Part shown: one piece after another, positions 55,291 through 60,504 of the stretch
How positions within the stretch are numbered: position 1 is the stretch's first letter
How the letters are laid out: each line of letters opens with the position of its first letter
Assembly: GCA_964201665.1 (NCBI GenBank)
Contig: CAXNEW010000006.1
Location: forward strand, 1 to 60,504
DNA from: Bdellovibrionota bacterium
GTDB taxonomy: Bacteria; Bdellovibrionota; UBA2428
DNA length: 60,504 nucleotides
Direction: 5' to 3'
Made by a program: the position numbers and the translations under genes
The notes under the pieces: generated by a model
The model's database searches: none
Seen by the model: the letters and a program-made list of their open reading frames with translations, nothing else
Told to the model about the DNA's origin: nothing

Positions 55291-57747
55291 TTACCGGGAT
55301 TTTTGGGCCTTTTCCTTTTTGGCTGCGTGAAGCTTCGGATCAAGTCGAGCAGGTTTTTCATGGTCGGTAGCCAGTGGCAGGGTGGGCCCCATATCAACGC
55401 CTAAGGCTATTTTTAAAACCTCACTCATGTCTTTCACGTGGTGAAATTTCAAAGTTTTTCGAAGTTCTTCGGGAATATCTTCCAAATCTTTGCGATTTTT
55501 TTCCGGCAAAAGAATGGTTTCGATTCCAGCCCGTTTTGCCGCCAAGACTTTCTCTTTAATTCCGCCCACAGGTAAGACAGCTCCTCGCAAAGTGATCTCA
55601 CCCGTCATTGCGAGTGTGGGCTCAAGGGTGCGGCCCAGAATTAAAGAACTGAGTGCGGTGAGCATGGCAACTCCAGCACTTGGGCCATCTTTAGGAATGG
55701 CTCCTGAGGGAACGTGAATATGATAATCAAATTCAGTAAAGGCCGAATCAGGAATTCCTAAGGGGCCGGACATCGAGCGAATCCAGGATTCAGCGGCTTT
55801 GGCTGACTCTTTCATGACATCACCCAGTTGGCCGGTAAGGGTAAGGCCGCCTTTGCCCTTCATCCGTGTGGCTTCGATAAACAGTATATCTCCACCAACG
55901 GGGGTCCAGGCCAAGCCCGTAACAACACCCGATTTTGCAGTTCTTTCGGCCACATCAGAAAAGTATTTTTCTTTTCCTAAAATGGCTTCAACTTTGGCAG
56001 AGTCGACTACAGTATTTTTAGCTTCGCCTGCGGCGATGTCGCGAGCCACACTTCGGCAAATGGAAGCAATCTCTCTTTTTAAATTTCGGACTCCAGCTTC
56101 GCGTGTATAACTGACAATCAGTTTGCGAATGGCTTCTTCTTTAAATTCAATGTTCTCGGTTTTGAGGCCATGGGCTTCGCCCTGCTCTTTAACTAAATAC
56201 TGTTTAGCGATGTTGAGTTTTTCTTCTTCGGTATAACCGGGAATCGAAATGATTTCTAATCGGTCTCTTAACGCCGCTGGAATGTTGTCCAGCATGTTTG
56301 CAGTTGCAACAAAAAGCACGCGCGACAAATCAAAGGGAACGTCTAAGTAGTGATCTGTAAAAGTGTGGTTTTGCTCGGGGTCTAAAACCTCAAGCAAAGC
56401 CGAAGAGGGGTCGCCTCTAAAATCGCTCGCAAGTTTGTCGATTTCATCAAGCAAAATTACGGGATTATTTGTTTTTGCGCGCTTAAGAGCCTGAATAAAA
56501 CGCCCGGGCATAGCACCCACATAAGTTCGACGATGGCCACGAATTTCGGCGTCATCTCGCACACCACCTAAGGCGATACGAACAAATTCACGCCCCAGCG
56601 AGCGAGCAATGGATTTTCCAAGTGAAGTTTTACCCACACCTGGAGGGCCTCCAAGACAAAGAATGGGACCCTTCATGTCGGATTTGAGTTTGAGCACGGC
56701 CAAGTACTCGATAATTCGTTTTTTTACTTTTTCTAAACCGTAGTGATCTTCGTCTAAAACCTTCTCAGCAGTTTCGATCGAAATTTTTTCAGTTGTAGAT
56801 TTGCTCCATGGCACATCAATCAGCCACTCAACATAAGTTCGAATAACTCCATGTTCGGCTGAGTTGGGAGACATTCGTTGCATGCGATCGAGTTCTTTCA
56901 TCGCGATTTTTTCGACTTCTTCGGGCATTTTGGATTCTTTGACTTTTATTCGAAGCTCTTCGACTTCGTCTTCGTCGTCTTTTTGCCCGAGTTCGCGCTG
57001 AATAACTTTCATTTGCTCTTTGAGGTAGTATTCGCGCTGATTTTTTACGACTTCATCTTTAATGTCGCCCTGGATTTTTTTAGAGAGTTCTAGAATGTCA
57101 ATTTCTTTGGTCAAAAGCCTTGTGACTTTTTCGAGCCGGTCTTTGACGTCACCGGTAGCTAAAACTTCTTGTTTTTCGCTCTCAGAAATATTCATGTAGG
57201 AAGCAATGAGATCTGCCAGATAATCAGGGTCTGTAATGCTTTCGACAAATATTGCGGCCTCATCTGGAATTGATGGGGATAACGAAATAATTCGGCGGCC
57301 CAGAGTTTTTACATTTTTAACGGCGGCTTGAATTTCAATTGTGAACTCACCGGCCTCAGGCAAGCCATTGGCAACGGCACTCAAAGTTGCACGAAGGGCC
57401 CCAGTAATTTCAGGAGTCGTGGTTTCGGTAATGGGAGAATCTAAATGAACTCGGGCAAGTCCGTGCACAAGCACGGTGAGTGTGCCGTCGGTCATGCGCT
57501 GAATTTTTTCAATGCGCGCTAAAACCGCGATCGGATATAGGTCGTCAAATTTAGGTTCGTCGATTTGTTTGTCTCGTTGGGTGACAATGGCTAGTAAACC
57601 ATTTTCGCCAACATGCAAAACTGAAGCGACTGAACGGGGTCGCCCCACCGAAATGGGCATTTTCATCATCGGAAACAAAACAGCGTTTCGCAACGGAAGT
57701 ACGAGGGCTGAATCGGGCAGCTTAAGATCGGATTTGGGTGTACTCAT
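55291..57747 (-). CDS. lon: Lon protease
   Basis: LPLRNAVLFP, GPPGVGKTS, LLDEIDK, PKDGPSAG, GGIKEK. Confidence 0.98.
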   Translation of the reverse strand: MSTPKSDLKLPDSALVLPLRNAVLFPMMKMPISVGRPRSVASVLHVGENGLLAIVTQRDKQIDEPKFDDLYPIAVLARIEKIQRMTDGTLTVLVHGLARVHLDSPITETTTPEITGALRATLSAVANGLPEAGEFTIEIQAAVKNVKTLGRRIISLSPSIPDEAAIFVESITDPDYLADLIASYMNISESEKQEVLATGDVKDRLEKVTRLLTKEIDILELSKKIQGDIKDEVVKNQREYYLKEQMKVIQRELGQKDDEDEVEELRIKVKESKMPEEVEKIAMKELDRMQRMSPNSAEHGVIRTYVEWLIDVPWSKSTTEKISIETAEKVLDEDHYGLEKVKKRIIEYLAVLKLKSDMKGPILCLGGPPGVGKTSLGKSIARSLGREFVRIALGGVRDDAEIRGHRRTYVGAMPGRFIQALKRAKTNNPVILLDEIDKLASDFRGDPSSALLEVLDPEQNHTFTDHYLDVPFDLSRVLFVATANMLDNIPAALRDRLEIISIPGYTEEEKLNIAKQYLVKEQGEAHGLKTENIEFKEEAIRKLIVSYTREAGVRNLKREIASICRSVARDIAAGEAKNTVVDSAKVEAILGKEKYFSDVAERTAKSGVVTGLAWTPVGGDILFIEATRMKGKGGLTLTGQLGDVMKESAKAAESWIRSMSGPLGIPDSAFTEFDYHIHVPSGAIPKDGPSAGVAMLTALSSLILGRTLEPTLAMTGEITLRGAVLPVGGIKEKVLAAKRAGIETILLPEKNRKDLEDIPEELRKTLKFHHVKDMSEVLKIALGVDMGPTLPLATDHEKPARLDPKLHAAKKEKAQKSR

Positions 57748-57865
57748 GCCCCCAATATGGAAACGCCCCAGCCTGAGTCAAGGGCCCGTTTTTACGCCCC
57801 GCGCCAGTGGTTGGGGCCTTCTTTCCCGGAGGGGGGCCGCTTTAAGGTCCCAAAAAATTTTTTTG

Positions 57866-57896
57866 TTGAAAAATTTGGTTAAAATAGCTAAAATAG
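57866..57896 (+). promoter_or_regulatory. Leaderless sigma70-type promoter with tandem TAAAATAG boxes
   Basis: TTGAAA-17 bp-TAAAAT, 6 nt before ATG 57901; TAAAATAG at 57880-57887 and 57889-57896. Confidence 0.65.
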
Positions 57897-57900
57897 TCAA

Positions 57901-58566
57901 ATGACCTGGAATCTTAAGGAGCTTGAAGACTCATTGCTCATTGGGTCGACTCTCGTTGAGGGGTCAACTCTTACTGAGGCACAGGCAAAAACCGTATTAA
58001 CGGGTCGGACCTTGCTGGGGCATTCGGTTAGCGAAGTTAGGGAACTTCTTAATTATCGCGGCGCAACTGAGTGGATTATGAAGGAGTTCGAGAAAAGCCC
58101 TTATTTGAGCGAAGATTTGATTCTTAATTTTCACAAACAGTTGTTTCAGGGTTTTGCCCATCAAGGTGGAAAATACAAAACTTCAAACAATTTTACTTAC
58201 AGGTCGAATGGGTCTCTTTTTGAATATCTGCACCCCGCGAAAGTGAGGGGGGCAATTCAAGAATGGCTAAAAACATTCAATCGGGAGTTTGAAGGAGTTT
58301 CTAAATCTCTTTTAAAAAAAAATATTTCTGAGGAAGCGGCTCATCTCTACTATGAGTTTCAGTTTATCCATCCTTTTCAAGATGGAAACGGTCGGATTGG
58401 AAGACTCCTTTTGGCCTATTGGCTCCATTGGAAATTTCAATTTTCTTTTAAATTTTTTTTTAAAGATAAACTCGAACATTTGAACTCACTGGAGAAAGCA
58501 AATGTCGGAGATTTTTCAGGACTCCAAATTTTTTTTTTCAAACGAATAAAGGTTAAAAAATCATGA
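57901..58566 (+). CDS. Fic-domain protein (class II-like, N-terminal inhibitory motif)
   Basis: HPFQDGNGRIGR active-site motif; STLVEG fits (S/T)xxxE(G/N). Confidence 0.93.
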   Translation: MTWNLKELEDSLLIGSTLVEGSTLTEAQAKTVLTGRTLLGHSVSEVRELLNYRGATEWIMKEFEKSPYLSEDLILNFHKQLFQGFAHQGGKYKTSNNFTYRSNGSLFEYLHPAKVRGAIQEWLKTFNREFEGVSKSLLKKNISEEAAHLYYEFQFIHPFQDGNGRIGRLLLAYWLHWKFQFSFKFFFKDKLEHLNSLEKANVGDFSGLQIFFFKRIKVKKS

Positions 58567-58892
58567 CTGAACTTAAAGACCTTTTGACACCCTTAAAAAT
58601 CCAAGAGCTCAAAGGTTTGAGTGAGACGAAAAAATTTGGAAAAATTTCTTTCGAAAGTGCCCTGAAATTTATTCTCACTAACGGTATTTTTCCGGAATCC
58701 AATTCCTCTGCCCAAGGCTATCTCGAGCTTGAGGATTGGCTAAGAAACTCGTCCCCAACTGCACAGTTAAAATTTTCAGCGACGGACTTAAAAAACAAAA
58801 CGGGTGAAATTCTGGATGAGGTTCTCAGAGGCAAGGTCGTCATTATTGAAAAGCACGGCCGCCCAATAGCTGAAATAAAGCGGCCCTTGTAG
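58563..58892 (+). CDS. Protein with C-terminal Phd/YefM domain
   Basis: FSATDLKNKTGEILDEVLRGKVVIIEKHGRPIAEI; ATGA overlap with fic. Confidence 0.82.
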   Translation: MTELKDLLTPLKIQELKGLSETKKFGKISFESALKFILTNGIFPESNSSAQGYLELEDWLRNSSPTAQLKFSATDLKNKTGEILDEVLRGKVVIIEKHGRPIAEIKRPL

Positions 58893-58930
58893 GTTTCTGC
58901 TCGAAACCCGTCGCCTTACTCCGATCGGAA

Positions 58931-59251
58931 TTAGGGGCAAAGGCCGGAGGCCCGAAACGTATTCAAATCTTTAAGGGCCTCTTCGTGATTATAGCGCCAA
59001 AGTGAAACAAGCTTTTGGTCCAAAAAAACGGCAAAGCACTGCAAATTATAAACCTGGCCGAAGGTATTTGGGTTCAAACACTTGTTGGAGGATTGAATCT
59101 CGCAGGACCTTTTCGCTTCCTCGCAAGTAACCTTGGTGGGCACACTCACGGAAAGGGTGGCCGAAGTCCCCACATGTAACCGAAGTTCGTCGGCGTGCAG
59201 AGGAGAAGAATTTGAAAGAAAAATCGCAGCGATAGTAATCAGGTATTTCAT
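58931..59251 (-). CDS. Small secreted Cys-rich hypothetical protein
   Basis: Signal peptide from MKYLIT; five Cys. Confidence 0.6.
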   Translation of the reverse strand: MKYLITIAAIFLSNSSPLHADELRLHVGTSATLSVSVPTKVTCEEAKRSCEIQSSNKCLNPNTFGQVYNLQCFAVFLDQKLVSLWRYNHEEALKDLNTFRASGLCP

Positions 59252-59417
59252 GACACGAGGGGCTAGCATGACCTGGGATTTTAGATCAAACTAAAATCAT
59301 GCGTGTTTAACGGCGGTTGGGACCCCCAGGTGCATTGGTCTTAGCCTGGCGTTTGATCGTAAAAAACGCATCGCACAATAGGCTGTCTCAATTGTAAAGA
59401 TTGCACGGCGACGGCGC

Positions 59418-59445
59418 TAACGTTTTCTTCATCATCTACCGATAG
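59418..59445 (+). promoter_or_regulatory. sigma28-type promoter of the two-component operon
   Basis: TAACG-N15-ACCGATAG. Confidence 0.55.
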
Positions 59446-59480
59446 GTTTCTTAACAATAGGATTCTTGGGAGGAAACTAA

Positions 59481-60269
59481 ATGACTTTTTCGGGCAACTT
59501 TTCAACAGATCAATCAACACCCGGGCAAACGCCTGACTCAAGGCCGCCAGTTCAAAATCAACTCGAAGAGGGAATGCTTTTTGTTGTTGAAGACGATCCC
59601 GATCTTCAGCAGATCCTTACCTTTAACCTTCAAAAAAATCGCTATGCGGCTCGCTGTTTTTCAAAGGCCGAAGAGCTTCTTTATTTTCTAGATTCCTCAC
59701 CCAAGCTTGAGGCTTTGGGATTCATTGTTGATATCAACCTTGCAGGGCGAATGAATGGCTTAGAGCTTGTGCGAGAGCTCCGAAAAAATAAACGTTTTTC
59801 GACGACCCCCGTTATTATGCTCACAGCAAAAGGTGAATCCCCCGACGTTGTTCGTGGTCTCGAAGACGGCGCCGATGACTATTTGCCAAAACCCTTTGAT
59901 ATGGAAGTTTTTGTTGCCCGCCTCAAAAGCTGCTTGCGCAGAAGCGAAAGAACTGTTGCTCCCATTGCAGGGCATCGCCGAGCCCTCTCTCTTTCTGGAA
60001 TTGAGATTGATCCCATTTCACACAAGGTCAATGTTGAAGGTCGAGAGGTTTATCTGACCACCACTGAATATGGCATTCTAGTAGCCCTCATGAACAAACC
60101 CAATGAAGTTCTGGGTCGTGATGATCTGCTTTTACGGCTTGTAGGACCCAATAAAACTGTAACGGGTCGCACGATCGATGTTCACATTCGTGCCTTGCGC
60201 GCCAAACTTGCAAAAAAATCGCGTCATATCGTTACGATTCGAGGTTTTGGCTATAAATTTGTTCCATGA
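59481..60269 (+). CDS. OmpR/PhoB-family response regulator
   Basis: VVEDD, VDINL, MLTAK, GADDYLPKPF, RTIDVHIRALR, TIRGFGY. Confidence 0.95.
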   Translation: MTFSGNFSTDQSTPGQTPDSRPPVQNQLEEGMLFVVEDDPDLQQILTFNLQKNRYAARCFSKAEELLYFLDSSPKLEALGFIVDINLAGRMNGLELVRELRKNKRFSTTPVIMLTAKGESPDVVRGLEDGADDYLPKPFDMEVFVARLKSCLRRSERTVAPIAGHRRALSLSGIEIDPISHKVNVEGREVYLTTTEYGILVALMNKPNEVLGRDDLLLRLVGPNKTVTGRTIDVHIRALRAKLAKKSRHIVTIRGFGYKFVP

Positions 60270-60504
60270 GTTTAAAACGGGCAAAACAGCCCCGACAGTC
60301 CTTAGGTAAAAAATCAGGCCTCTCAAAGCCCCGCCGAGCCCTAGAGAGGCGCGGTAAACAAGAGCGCCGCACACAATCCCCTGTTGATCGCAAATTCTTG
60401 AATTTCTCTGAAAACGATTTTCGAGCAAAATTTAAATCACGTGGGCTCGCCGATTCCTTGCCCTACGCTGTTATCAACACCGAAGGTCAACTTGAGGCCC
60501 TTAA
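60266..60504 (+). CDS. 5' part of a probable PAS-containing sensor kinase (runs off the window)
   Basis: ATGA overlap with the regulator; frame open to the window end; ADSLPYAVINTEGQLEAL looks like a PAS start. Confidence 0.5.
   Translation, partial: MSLKRAKQPRQSLGKKSGLSKPRRALERRGKQERRTQSPVDRKFLNFSENDFRAKFKSRGLADSLPYAVINTEGQLEAL

Noticed and set aside
1-60504. tRNA, rRNA, prophage, integrase or transposase genes
   Set aside because: None recognised; the intergenic gaps are short and explained by promoters and repeats, though tRNAscan/Infernal were not run.

Overview
This is a bacterial chromosome segment whose gene content points to Bdellovibrionota/Oligoflexia (inference): a mevalonate operon, a TIGR02147-like regulator followed by a 'GNGGD' secreted protein, FecR/Fn3 genes beside an adenylate cyclase, ResB/CcsA, and many FliA-type and sigma54-type promoters. 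Housekeeping blocks are rpsN, hppA, alr-mlaEFD, lptE-holA-rpsT, mazG, a PgpH-like HD gene-ybeY, frameshifted prfB, resB-ccsA-engB-rimI, pyrK-pyrD, the mevalonate/isoprenoid operon, lon and a two-component pair. Accessory genes are interspersed. I found no rRNA, tRNA, CRISPR array, integrase or transposase. Two signals stand out. (1) Accessory cassettes sit behind core genes and are bounded by a second, synonymously diverged copy of the core gene's 3' end: twice for rimI and once for an Fn3/beta-barrel gene, where it brackets a vapBC module. (2) A four-copy hairpin element has an invariant 14-nt loop and 31-35-nt arms that differ between copies yet stay self-complementary in three of the four. 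The copies form two inverted pairs, one empty and one enclosing a 2.4-kb lipoprotein gene. Other observations: a prodomain-less subtilase with a distant stand-alone prodomain gene, a degenerate CPBP-like membrane gene and a 42-bp palindromic operator in the mevalonate operon, six sigma28-type promoters, leaderless promoters, and three interrupted ORFs. All product calls are by-eye motif recognition; no searches were run.
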